A stretch of DNA of 45,251 bases from a virus (lineage: Duplodnaviria; Caudoviricetes): positions 1 to 45,251 of IMG/VR virus record IMGVR_UViG_3300044723_005978; one strand, written 5' to 3'. Under the pieces are notes generated by a model, which was not told the origin of the DNA, ran no database searches, and was given only the letters and a program-made list of their open reading frames with translations. A program made the translations under genes and the position numbers. Below are positions 7,116-15,985 of this stretch, in pieces; the first letter of the stretch is position 1; the number at the start of each line of letters is the position of its first letter.

Positions 7116-7402
7116 TACTTGGTTCTCCCTTTTAGCAAACGGTGAATTAGCTTGGCCTCGTGGCCCTTGATCCGTGGATCGCGTTTGATCGCTTTGTCCA
7201 CGGCCTCCTTGTTGTACTTAGGCGCTGTCCAGTTACAGCACCCAGCAGAACAGCAGTATCGGTCACCGCCAACCGTGTAGACGAAAGCACCATCAGCCTC
7301 TCTGTTGGCCTCGACATAAACATCGCCAGACAAAGTAACCATCTTGTTGCCTTTCTCACGAAGAACCTTGACTCCCGCAGGAATGTGAATCTCGTACATC
7401 AT
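7115..7402 (-). CDS. Hypothetical protein
   Basis: 95-aa ORF with ATGA overlap. Confidence 0.7.
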   Translation of the reverse strand: MMYEIHIPAGVKVLREKGNKMVTLSGDVYVEANREADGAFVYTVGGDRYCCSAGCCNWTAPKYNKEAVDKAIKRDPRIKGHEAKLIHRLLKGRTK

Positions 7403-7659
7403 GCCGCCTCCTCTCCTTTCTCAGGAAAAATGTAACCCAACTTCTCAGTCAGGATGTCTCGGACTCGCTCTCGATCAACGCTGTCCCCGTCACCCCACTC
7501 TGGACCGCCTTCTGTCGCACAAGCAAACAGATAGATCGCTGTGGCCTTCTCAATGTCCGCGTGAGTAGCTCGCATGTCGTAAATCCCACCAAGACCGTAA
7601 AAGTCATAGACGTATCTATGAAAATTTTCTAGTCCTTTGATCGCGCCGTTCAATGTCAT
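7399..7659 (-). CDS. Hypothetical protein
   Basis: ATG after AGAAAGGAGAAAGA; FY..GGIY and GDSVDRERVRD motifs. Confidence 0.7.
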   Translation of the reverse strand: MTLNGAIKGLENFHRYVYDFYGLGGIYDMRATHADIEKATAIYLFACATEGGPEWGDGDSVDRERVRDILTEKLGYIFPEKGEEAA

Positions 7660-7691
7660 TTCTTTCTCCTTTCTGGTTAACTTACAATACA

Positions 7692-7729
7692 ATACTACTT
7701 AATAATCCAACTACTGTCAACTACTTTTT
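7692..7729 (-). promoter_or_regulatory. Early promoter P6
   Basis: TTGACA (7720-7715), 17 bp, TAGTAT (7697-7692). Confidence 0.8.
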
Positions 7730-8105
7730 ACCACATCAGGTATGACTTTGCCACCTCTGCTGGAGTTGGATTTTTTACGGCAGGTATTCGATAAGCCCGA
7801 ATCATCTCTACATGCTTTAAGGCTCTGCAAAGCAAGATACAAAACGCGAGTGCCTTAGTAGGCTCATCTGTCGGCTGTTCCCAAAGTTTTTCCACGAATT
7901 CCAACAATTCCTTGGCCTCGTCGGTTACACAGTCATTAACTAAGATTGAAGCCTTGTTGATGTCTGTGACCCAATCGCTGTTGCAGCAAGCGTCCCACAG
8001 CACGTTGAAAGGCTTTGGATGAAAGCCATGACGAAAAGCATAGTCCGCGATTTTTCTAGCTTCTAGTGAAAGCTCACCCTGATGTTCAAATTTTCTTAAG
8101 TCCAT
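7728..8105 (-). CDS. Hypothetical protein
   Basis: ATG after AGAAAGGAGAAAGA. Confidence 0.7.
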   Translation of the reverse strand: MDLRKFEHQGELSLEARKIADYAFRHGFHPKPFNVLWDACCNSDWVTDINKASILVNDCVTDEAKELLEFVEKLWEQPTDEPTKALAFCILLCRALKHVEMIRAYRIPAVKNPTPAEVAKSYLMW

Positions 8106-8133
8106 CTCTTTCTCCTTTCTAATCAACGAAGCC

Positions 8134-8180
8134 ATAATACCATAGCTTCGAGGCATGTCAACTACTTTTTACTATTTTTT
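8134..8180 (-). promoter_or_regulatory. Early promoter P7
   Basis: TTGACA (8161-8156), 16 bp, TGnTATTAT extended -10 (8139-8134); A-tracts upstream. Confidence 0.75.
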
Positions 8181-8421
8181 AATGCAGTATTGCATCTTCT
8201 CCTACTTCTATCTTCTTTATGTCGTACAACACCTCTACAGACCGCATGAATGCGCCCTTTTTCATCTGGCTTTCGACGGCTGCCGTGGTCAATAAATTGG
8301 TAAAAACGCACATTACTTCAGCAATTGTGATGTTCCGGTCCTCACCAACTCGGTCCAGCGCCTCCTCTATCGTGCTATACAGCTCGGCAATGTTGTTTTC
8401 GTACTCTTCAATAGTAATCAT
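8179..8421 (-). CDS. Hypothetical protein
   Basis: 80-aa ORF overlapping the upstream gene. Confidence 0.65.
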   Translation of the reverse strand: MITIEEYENNIAELYSTIEEALDRVGEDRNITIAEVMCVFTNLLTTAAVESQMKKGAFMRSVEVLYDIKKIEVGEDAILH

Positions 8422-8617
8422 CTAACACCGTCCTTTCTCGCAAGACAGCTTGCGAGAAAGTCTTGCACTGTACGCAGTACCATCCTCGTCTCTGAGGCAC
8501 CATGTCTCCTTCGGCGTTCTTGTCAAATCCAATGATCTGCCCCATTTCTCCGCCACATTCCCAGCAAACTTTTTTTGTCAGGTCATCACTCGAGTTCTTC
8601 TGCGCTGATTGGGTCAT
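8408..8617 (-). CDS. Zinc-ribbon protein
   Basis: CWEC...CVQC pairs. Confidence 0.65.
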   Translation of the reverse strand: MTQSAQKNSSDDLTKKVCWECGGEMGQIIGFDKNAEGDMVPQRRGWYCVQCKTFSQAVLRERTVLDDYY

Positions 8618-8801
8618 AACCTCTCACTTTGTGTTTCCACACAATACCATGTTTTTCTTCGATTATCCGTGCAAAGTCCTTGGCAAACAGGTTTGCGGGC
8701 TTCATGTGTTTGCAGGCTTCCATATATGCCAGCAAAATCTCGTCATCATCCAAGGGCTTCTGCCTGAGCAAAAGGGCCTTGAGCCGTGACACTAGCTTCA
8801 T
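8586..8801 (-). CDS. Hypothetical phage protein
   Basis: KPLDDDEI...FARIIEEKHGI motif; ATGA coupling. Confidence 0.7.
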   Translation of the reverse strand: MKLVSRLKALLLRQKPLDDDEILLAYMEACKHMKPANLFAKDFARIIEEKHGIVWKHKVRGYDPISAEELE

Positions 8802-9046
8802 AAGTCCTCCATTATTTCATCTTCCAACTGCATAACCTCGGCTTCGTCCAGCAGATGAAGTAGCTGGATTTTCCGCCCTCTTCGGCTGGTTTTCACTGTC
8901 ACCGCCAGCACGTCAACCTGTGCCGGAAGCCCGTGCTCTGCGGGCAATACCTCGTATTTGATGTCAACGGGTAAGCTCAACCAACTGCTTTTTGAGTTTG
9001 TCACTCTGATATGCTCCTTTAATTTTCCGTGCCGTGGCCTCGTCAT
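8798..9046 (-). CDS. Hypothetical protein
   Basis: ORF in the operon; start uncertain. Confidence 0.55.
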   Translation of the reverse strand: MTRPRHGKLKEHIRVTNSKSSWLSLPVDIKYEVLPAEHGLPAQVDVLAVTVKTSRRGRKIQLLHLLDEAEVMQLEDEIMEDL

Positions 9047-9296
9047 TCTGGGCAAGAATTTCGCAGTAGTGCTCCACCACTAACGCTGCGATTACCCGTG
9101 CATAGGAAGACTCGTAAAACTCTGCGAGCTCCCTGACCATGGCATGGTGTTCCACCCTGAGATTGACAGGGACCCAGCCCCCGTCGCCGATGGGCTCTTC
9201 GGCTTTGACTTTCTTAGCTGCTCGCGGCCTAGCAGACCGTCGTTTGTATTTAAACTTCGGCTTATCAGGATCATGTTTCCATGAGGATCGACTCAC
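8964..9296 (-). CDS. Putative ribbon-helix-helix DNA-binding protein
   Basis: Basic N-terminus, then VPVNLRVEHHAMVRELAEFYESSYARVIAALV strand-helix-helix pattern. Confidence 0.55.
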   Translation of the reverse strand: MSRSSWKHDPDKPKFKYKRRSARPRAAKKVKAEEPIGDGGWVPVNLRVEHHAMVRELAEFYESSYARVIAALVVEHYCEILAQNDEATARKIKGAYQSDKLKKQLVELTR

Positions 9297-11158
9297 TTAG
9301 CGGTTCCCCACGTCTCACCGACTTCCACGTCAACCTTGGACGGCACGTCCAGTTTCACCGCATCCCGCATGATTGCAGCAGCTTCTTCGGCTTCCTCTCT
9401 GCTCTCCACACTGAGCGCGATCTCGTCGTGCACTTGTAGCATAATGTTAAATCCTGCCTCGTGTAGCGAGAGCATGGCCTGCTTGGTCTGATCTGCACTG
9501 CCTCCCTGAATTAATCGGTTGAGCCCACGGTAAGTCATCGCCCGCTTTATTCGGGCACCGTACTTCGCGTAAGCCTCTTCATATGGTAAGGCTTTGTTGA
9601 TGCCCCACTGCTGAGGCTCCCACAAAGGAAAGCGGCACTTGCGTCCGAGCAGGGTCCGTATCGCTCCGCCTGAGGCAGGGTTATCTATCTTTCTCTGGAC
9701 CGCGTAAATGGTGCCTTTCAGGAAAGGCACGCGATTGTGAAAATTGTTTATAAGCTCAGAGGCCTCGTCAACCGAGAGGTCTAGCTGTGCAGCCAATTTA
9801 TTCTTGCCCATTCCATACATCAAACCGAGCCCGATGGTCTTGGCCTGCTTGCGCGTGATCTGGGCCATATCTGCCACCATCTGGTGAAAGTCAGTATCAG
9901 GGTCTTCCTGATAGGCTGCCGCCATGGTATCAGCGCCGTCCAGCTTCAGAGCGTTTGCATAATGAATCAGGAGCCGTGGTTCTTGGCTCGAGAAATCATT
10001 TGCCGCCCATAGCTGGCCCTCGTCCGGTAAAAACAGTCCTCGCACCATAGGACCGATCACCTCGTGACGCGCGGGAACCTGCTGTAGATTCGGCTGGGCC
10101 ATGCTCAGTCTTCCGGTCACCGTGCCGCCACCGTCACCTCGGAGTTGGTTAATGTGTGAATGAACGCGACCATCTGCCTCGCTGAAGTCCAGATAGGGCC
10201 GAAGGAACGTGTTGTGCGTTTTGTTGACCTCTCGGGCAGCCACGATTGCCTTGGCCACCTTGTGGTCACAGCCCTCGAGAAAAGTCCGTGTGAAGCTCGG
10301 TGCGCCCTTGTCGGTGCGCGGATAGTCAATCCCCAGCGCATCAAACGCTGTGGCAATGCTCGCTGCCGCCCAGATATCGACTGGGACCCCAGCTTCCTTC
10401 TTGATCCCTTGGATCAGCTTCTTTTCTTTCTTTTGCAGATCGACGATCAGCTCTTCAGCCTTTGGCCTGTCGAAACGTATGCCACGATAGGTCATGCCCA
10501 CAAACACAGGCAACAGCTTGGTTTCCAATTGAAAGATGGACTCGACCTCTTCCTGCCTGAGCAGGACCTCTAGGTGATGCCACAGCTTCAATGTCAGGGC
10601 TGCATCCTGTTCGCCGTAGCGGCCCACGTACATCGCAGGCAACCGCCAGAGCTCTTTCTTGGGATGCACGCCAAAGTCAGCAGCAGCCTGTTTCAGCGCC
10701 TCCTCTGACTTCACTTCTTTGAGCATGTCGAATCCGAGGGCATTCAAGGCATAACTGAATCGGTTCTCGTCTACCAGCCCTGCTGCAATCATTGTGTCAA
10801 TGATCGTGCCCTTGACCTCAAAACCACTGGCCAGCAGCCAGCCCAGATCATAGGCTGCGTTGTGCATAACCTTTGGGCAGGGCAGAAGAAGAATTTCCCT
10901 GATCCAGTTCTCGACAACCCTCTTGTCTAGGTTGCCGCCGCCCTCGTGGGCAATCGGGTAGTACCCGTACCATCCATCAACTGCTATTGCGTACCCGACG
11001 ATGAAACCGTCCTTTCGTGGCCAGCCGGGCCCGAAACGCTCAAGATTGGGATCGCAAGTCTCAAGGTCAATCGCAATCTCTTTGGCGTCCGATAGATCAG
11101 GAAAACTTGATGGCGGGACCCACTCACTGCTTGTTGGAAACATATTTACTGTATTCAA
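9293..11158 (-). CDS. polA: Family A DNA polymerase with 3'-5' exonuclease domain
   Basis: Exo motifs IDLET and HNAAYD; TGRLS, PNLQQVP; motif A DFSSQEPR, motif B RKQAKTIGLGLMYG, motif C QVHDE. Confidence 0.97.
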   Translation of the reverse strand: MNTVNMFPTSSEWVPPSSFPDLSDAKEIAIDLETCDPNLERFGPGWPRKDGFIVGYAIAVDGWYGYYPIAHEGGGNLDKRVVENWIREILLLPCPKVMHNAAYDLGWLLASGFEVKGTIIDTMIAAGLVDENRFSYALNALGFDMLKEVKSEEALKQAAADFGVHPKKELWRLPAMYVGRYGEQDAALTLKLWHHLEVLLRQEEVESIFQLETKLLPVFVGMTYRGIRFDRPKAEELIVDLQKKEKKLIQGIKKEAGVPVDIWAAASIATAFDALGIDYPRTDKGAPSFTRTFLEGCDHKVAKAIVAAREVNKTHNTFLRPYLDFSEADGRVHSHINQLRGDGGGTVTGRLSMAQPNLQQVPARHEVIGPMVRGLFLPDEGQLWAANDFSSQEPRLLIHYANALKLDGADTMAAAYQEDPDTDFHQMVADMAQITRKQAKTIGLGLMYGMGKNKLAAQLDLSVDEASELINNFHNRVPFLKGTIYAVQRKIDNPASGGAIRTLLGRKCRFPLWEPQQWGINKALPYEEAYAKYGARIKRAMTYRGLNRLIQGGSADQTKQAMLSLHEAGFNIMLQVHDEIALSVESREEAEEAAAIMRDAVKLDVPSKVDVEVGETWGTAK

Positions 11159-12651
11159 AACCTAAATCCTTTCTCAATGCTTTTTGGCATAACTATGTGT
11201 AACGCCTGCTTGGTTCGGGTCACCCCAACGTACAGCAGGCGGTTTATGTCATCTGCATTTCTGGCGTAATCTTTAGCAAATTTAGGGCTTAGGTCTGTCA
11301 GGAGCAGCACATTATCTGCCTCTCCACCCTTTGCTCCGTGGATCGTGGATAGCTCTATGAGCGGCCTGCTTCCTAGCTTCGCGCCCCGTCGCAGCACTGC
11401 CACAAGGTATTCTCTTTTGTCCTCTCCAATCTTGGTCAGGACCTCGTGCCATATCCCATCCGTCAGTAGACCGTGGTGCTCTTTGAGCGTTTCCATGTCA
11501 TACACCATCTCGGTATCGACATCCTTCAAACCCTTGTGCCCACGTTTCACGAACTCGGTGCCAAGGTATTTGTAAATGTTCTTCAGGACCGTGAAATTAA
11601 CGGTCTGTCCTTTTCTCAGTCTTTCCCAGCCAATCACCGCCGTCAGGACCGAATCCGGTATGCTCCGGTGTCCGTGTCTCTCGAAAAGCAGGCCCTGAGA
11701 TTTGATCCAGTCGTGCATGTTATTGAGCATGTAATTCGTGCTGGCCATGATCAGCCACTTGCCCTTGCTGATGTCGACATGCTGGTAATCGTAGTAATAG
11801 CTGATCTCGCCCTCTTCCTCTCGTGGTGCCCATGTCTTGGGCTGCCGCTTCTGGATTCGGTTGACTATCTGGTCCGCCAGCATGTGGACCTTCTTGGGAA
11901 CTCGATAAGACTGGTCCAGAACCTTGATCTCTCCGTCGCACGTCAGGAAGCTGTCCACGTGGGCTCCGGCCCATGAGAACACGCACTGATCATCGTCACC
12001 CGCAATATGCACCCGCTCGGATCGCTCCATGAGCTCCTTCACAAGTTTCCATTGAAGCAGGGATAGGTCTTGGGCCTCGTCAATAATCAGAAGCTCTAGG
12101 CTCGGTAATCTTTCCGGCTCGAGCAGGATTCTTTCGAGCAAATCGGTAAAATCCATCAGCATCTTGGCTGCCTTGAACCTTCGATAAGCCCGCTCGATAT
12201 ACTCGAAGTGATACCACTCAATCTCTATGTTGCTTTGATTGTAGTGCGTGTGAAGGTCCAGCCCGCGTATGCGAGCCAGATTGATTTCATTCAGAATCAG
12301 GTTGTCGGTTCGGACCACGAACTCCTCGCCGTCTGTCGAAGAAGCGACCTCTAGCCCGACTGACTTGGCAAACTCAGCAAAGTCCTTGGGCGTCATCATG
12401 TCCTTGTTTTGAACCCCAAGGCAGGAATACGCGAGAGAGTGCAGGGTCCTGAACCACGGGAAGTGAAGATCAGGATTTAGCTGCGGGAACTTCAGAACAG
12501 CTCTGTCTCGGGCTTCGTTGGCCGCTTTCCTTGTGAAAGCAAAATACCCTATCAGGGTTGAGTCGGTGCCGTTCTCGAGCTCTTGGTTACAGATGTTCAA
12601 CAGGTGAGTGGTTTTGCCCGAACCGGGTGGCCCGAAGACTTTTGTGATCAT
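11155..12651 (-). CDS. UvrD/Rep-like SF1 helicase
   Basis: GPPGSGKTT, FTRKAA, IDEAQD, GDDDQ, STIHGAKGGE, YVGVTR. Confidence 0.93.
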   Translation of the reverse strand: MITKVFGPPGSGKTTHLLNICNQELENGTDSTLIGYFAFTRKAANEARDRAVLKFPQLNPDLHFPWFRTLHSLAYSCLGVQNKDMMTPKDFAEFAKSVGLEVASSTDGEEFVVRTDNLILNEINLARIRGLDLHTHYNQSNIEIEWYHFEYIERAYRRFKAAKMLMDFTDLLERILLEPERLPSLELLIIDEAQDLSLLQWKLVKELMERSERVHIAGDDDQCVFSWAGAHVDSFLTCDGEIKVLDQSYRVPKKVHMLADQIVNRIQKRQPKTWAPREEEGEISYYYDYQHVDISKGKWLIMASTNYMLNNMHDWIKSQGLLFERHGHRSIPDSVLTAVIGWERLRKGQTVNFTVLKNIYKYLGTEFVKRGHKGLKDVDTEMVYDMETLKEHHGLLTDGIWHEVLTKIGEDKREYLVAVLRRGAKLGSRPLIELSTIHGAKGGEADNVLLLTDLSPKFAKDYARNADDINRLLYVGVTRTKQALHIVMPKSIEKGFRF

Positions 12652-14174
12652 CAGAAAGGCACCTCGTCCGACTTGATCGGCGTATCAAACGGGCTGTCCT
12701 GTTGTTCAAACTGAGCGATTCTCCAGACGCGCGTTGTGCGTCCTTTCAGAAATAGGTTCGTAGGCTCGCCGCCTAGGTCTCTCAACCGCTGGGCAATCTT
12801 TGGCGAAGACAGCGCAGTAAAGTTTGACCGCTTCAGATGTGACTCGAGGTCCTTGATTCGGAAATAAACCATCCCGTCCTTTTCATCGGTCCATACGCGG
12901 CCCAACAAGATTTCGTTCCGGTCCATGCCCTGCTGCAAGTGCATCGTGAACTCTTCGATAAGATCGTTGAATATGCCTGAGACCGTCGTGTCCTCACTTG
13001 CCTCGGTGATCTGCTCGAGTTCCACCATCTCCTTCAGCAACTCGTTGATGAGCATTTCCCAGTCAGGCTTCTTAAGTGATGGAGGCAGCACATTGAGACG
13101 CTCCATACAGGTCTTCTGAAAATGTAGCTGGTTGAACAGGCTCTCTGTCTCTAGCTCCACACGTTTGCCGTTAACGTCCAGAAACCAGAGCGGGGGCTCG
13201 CTGTTGTACTTTGAAAGGCTTGAAAGCATAGGACTGTCAGGTCCATCGCCACCCACACCGTGCTTCCTTTGACGACAAAGCGAAGGATTGCAGAAGCTCT
13301 TGATTGGCTCATCTTTGCACTTGTATCTGTAATCCTTCTTCTCCAATTGCTTCGTGACCAACTGAAGCTCTTGCATGCCCAGCGGCGGCTCAAAATATTT
13401 ATGGTTAAATTCGAGCAGCTTATCCTGCCAGTTGGGGAAAGCCTTCTTCAGGTAAATGCCCAGACTGAAAAGACCATTGTTTCGTGTCCCCTCAGGAAAG
13501 CCCTGCGTACAAAGTGCCTGCAAGCAGGGAGGTCCATCGCTGACAGGTTTCTCTGGCTTCTCTGGCGCTTGAGGCAAGACCAGCTCATCCTGAACTGACT
13601 GCTCGTACATCGCAAAAAACTCTTCCAGACTGGCAGAGCTCGCATCATCCTTGAACGCATAGCGCAGCGTCTTTTCTCCACCGTGATACGGTAGGTTTAA
13701 AAAGTTCCCACAGTCTCCTCTCTCAACTAGGATTTCTGCCTGCTTTGGGAATATCTCACGGCCAGCCTCTCCGAGCAGACCTGCACACGCGGTCAGGTAT
13801 TTCTGCATCTCAATCGCAGGGACTGGCTTTTTAACAAAACTGTAGATATGCGCGCCGCCAGACTTGCTGCGACACACGATAAGAGGGAGCTCTAAATTCT
13901 TAATTCTGTCGATCAGCTTCTGGTAGTCCAGAGGATACTGATCTACGTCAATCGCGCCCCAAGTGCAGGAGTTATCTGCACGAATAGGTATGATTCCAAG
14001 TCCGGGCTCGACACCCTCGAGGTGTTTTCTCCAGATGTCATCTGTCGGGGGCTGCCGCACCACGACGGCCTTTCCGACTTTCTTGTTCTTTTCATTTGTC
14101 TTTTCGATCTTGTAGGTGCCATAGGCTGAATCAAGTCCGGCAAACACCTCTCTGAATTTTCCCAGCATTTCCAT
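12651..14174 (-). CDS. AEP-superfamily primase with PriCT-like domain
   Basis: IDVD, RSKSGGAH, NLPY, PPC and EGTRNNGLF motifs; located in the replication operon. Confidence 0.8.
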   Translation of the reverse strand: MEMLGKFREVFAGLDSAYGTYKIEKTNEKNKKVGKAVVVRQPPTDDIWRKHLEGVEPGLGIIPIRADNSCTWGAIDVDQYPLDYQKLIDRIKNLELPLIVCRSKSGGAHIYSFVKKPVPAIEMQKYLTACAGLLGEAGREIFPKQAEILVERGDCGNFLNLPYHGGEKTLRYAFKDDASSASLEEFFAMYEQSVQDELVLPQAPEKPEKPVSDGPPCLQALCTQGFPEGTRNNGLFSLGIYLKKAFPNWQDKLLEFNHKYFEPPLGMQELQLVTKQLEKKDYRYKCKDEPIKSFCNPSLCRQRKHGVGGDGPDSPMLSSLSKYNSEPPLWFLDVNGKRVELETESLFNQLHFQKTCMERLNVLPPSLKKPDWEMLINELLKEMVELEQITEASEDTTVSGIFNDLIEEFTMHLQQGMDRNEILLGRVWTDEKDGMVYFRIKDLESHLKRSNFTALSSPKIAQRLRDLGGEPTNLFLKGRTTRVWRIAQFEQQDSPFDTPIKSDEVPF

Positions 14175-14193
14175 TCTTCTTTCTCTGGCAGAT

Positions 14194-14211
14194 GGCGGGG
14201 TTTCCCCCGCC
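14194..14211 (-). other. GNRA-tetraloop hairpin between the SSB-like and primase genes
   Basis: GGCGGGG-GAAA-CCCCGCC, no U tract. Confidence 0.65.
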
Positions 14212-14221
14212 GTTGACAACT

Positions 14222-15007
14222 TTAAAATACGTCATGATCACTGCTGGAAGAAGACGAATCTTCGTTTTCGTGCTTCACGTTAACGTCACCCGCACTGATG
14301 CTCTCTGCAAACGATTTCGCCGCTCCATAGAGATACTGGTCCTCAATGGTGCCAACTCTCTCTATTTCCCAACCGTGCCATTTATACTGATCTTTCTGTT
14401 CTTGGACAACGGTTAAGCGATATTTTTGCGAATACATCGGAGGAGTGAACTTTCCGTTTTTCCCATCCAGCTTCACTGACATCATCATGCTGTTCCACTT
14501 TCTCGACTTCTTCAACTGAGTGGACTTCATGCTGATGAGAGCGTGACTATAGCCACCCTCTTTGTCGACCAGCATCACATAATGATTAGCCGTATTTTCA
14601 ACATAATTACCATTCTCGAGGTAATCTTTTGAATCACCCGCTTCACGATGGGTCTTGGTCAGGATGTCAGAGGTTGCTGGGTGTATTGCTACGGGAGCAC
14701 CTGAGCCGGAGCCGCGTGGCGCCCATTCAACGTACTGTCGGACGTAAGAGCAAGGAACTACCACCACGCCTTTCTTCCCGTCATACAGCTCTCCGGTTAC
14801 TGAATTAAACAGCATGCCCGGTGTAGCTCCGTCAACCGAGCCGATTTGTGGGCTCATGTTGGTCAGGATTTTGAGAAAGGGTAGTGCAAGATCATCTGCA
14901 CCCATATCACCAAAACCGCCTACTGCTGCATCCTCTTCAAAAGATGCCACGGTTGCGACGGCTGTGGAGCCAGCTACTGATACTTCAGTCTTTTCTGATT
15001 TAGCCAT
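14222..15007 (-). CDS. Putative ssDNA-binding/annealing protein
   Basis: Position in the replication operon; DDLALPFLKIL and MKSTQLKKSRKWNS motifs; acidic tail ending in Phe. Confidence 0.6.
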   Translation of the reverse strand: MAKSEKTEVSVAGSTAVATVASFEEDAAVGGFGDMGADDLALPFLKILTNMSPQIGSVDGATPGMLFNSVTGELYDGKKGVVVVPCSYVRQYVEWAPRGSGSGAPVAIHPATSDILTKTHREAGDSKDYLENGNYVENTANHYVMLVDKEGGYSHALISMKSTQLKKSRKWNSMMMSVKLDGKNGKFTPPMYSQKYRLTVVQEQKDQYKWHGWEIERVGTIEDQYLYGAAKSFAESISAGDVNVKHENEDSSSSSSDHDVF

Positions 15008-15024
15008 GTTTAATGCCTCTTGAT

Positions 15025-15567
15025 TCATGTTTTGATGGTTACTTTCTGGCCAATGTATGCGCCAAAAAGTTCAGTTGGGAATTCATTTCCCCGTTCTACC
15101 TGCTCCTTGACCCATGCTTTAAGGGTCATTGGCTCGATCTTTTCAGCCTGATCAGTGGGATAGCCTTGATCAGCGAGAAGTTCAAGCAGACGAGCGCAGA
15201 GCTCATCTTCGCCGCGTCCGAAACGTACAGACACGGTATTCTTGATAATGTCGTCCATGCCATGAGCGCGAAGCCATTCAAAGGCTTCAGCCCTACGTGC
15301 GGCTGGGATCGACGCAGAATAGAAAGGCTTTACTTCAACCTTGCTTCCGTCTTCCATCACAAAACCCTGCATGCCAAGTTCAGCAAGCGCATCAGGTATC
15401 GAGACTTCAGTTAGCTTTCGGTGTATGTCTTTCTTTTCTTTCAGTGTTGCTTCGAGGTCCGCTAACTCTTGTTGGACCTCTTTGGCTTTTTTGGCCAGCT
15501 CGACTATCTCTTTGAGATCGTCATCTTTTACTTTTAGTGCGTCAGCTTCTTTTTCAAAATCTATCAC
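15025..15567 (-). CDS. Replication-module protein with an N-terminal coiled coil
   Basis: GTG start overlapping the upstream TGA after GGAGG; AFEWLRAHG.DDIIKN motif. Confidence 0.75.
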   Translation of the reverse strand: MIDFEKEADALKVKDDDLKEIVELAKKAKEVQQELADLEATLKEKKDIHRKLTEVSIPDALAELGMQGFVMEDGSKVEVKPFYSASIPAARRAEAFEWLRAHGMDDIIKNTVSVRFGRGEDELCARLLELLADQGYPTDQAEKIEPMTLKAWVKEQVERGNEFPTELFGAYIGQKVTIKT

Positions 15568-15890
15568 AGTTCGTTCCTCCCGCGAAGGTCGACTTGGATT
15601 GGAATGTATTGCCCCTCTTGCCGGTCCCACTTCAGGCACTTATAGCGGCCATTGTTAACGCTAGACGCAACAGTAGCCAAAATGCTGATAGCCGTGGGAT
15701 CGCCAATAAACAACAGGTAGTCATCATCGCAGAAGTCCTGCAATGCTCTTTTTACCCGAGAAACAGTGGGTCCCGAGGAAAAAATTACCTGTGCCTGTGA
15801 AGGCGGCAAAACAATTTCAATCTCGCCAAACTCTTGAGCGGGAAGAATATTGTGTTTCGTATTTTCACTGACGACGAAAACTTTCGCCAT
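15564..15890 (-). CDS. Small alpha/beta phage protein of unknown function
   Basis: 108 aa; DDYLLFIGDP and LKWDR..QY motifs; strong SD. Confidence 0.75.
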   Translation of the reverse strand: MAKVFVVSENTKHNILPAQEFGEIEIVLPPSQAQVIFSSGPTVSRVKRALQDFCDDDYLLFIGDPTAISILATVASSVNNGRYKCLKWDRQEGQYIPIQVDLRGRNEL

Positions 15891-15927
15891 TTACCTTTCT
15901 CCTTTCTTTGATTAAGTAAAGGAGCAT

Positions 15928-15957
15928 AGTGTATACTCATTCAAATGAGCACTGCAA
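15928..15957 (-). promoter_or_regulatory. Probable promoter of the replication operon, with a palindromic operator
   Basis: TTGCAG, 18 bp, TACACT on minus; CTCATT-CA-AATGAG inverted repeat (15936-15949) in the spacer. Confidence 0.5.
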
Positions 15958-15985
15958 GTGTTCTTAGAAAGAAGAGAGGAAAACA

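Noticed and set aside
1-8180. Dispersed repeats as a CRISPR array or integron attC sites
   Set aside because: Spacing is irregular and gene-sized, the repeats are promoter/SD sequences, and there is no cas or integrase gene
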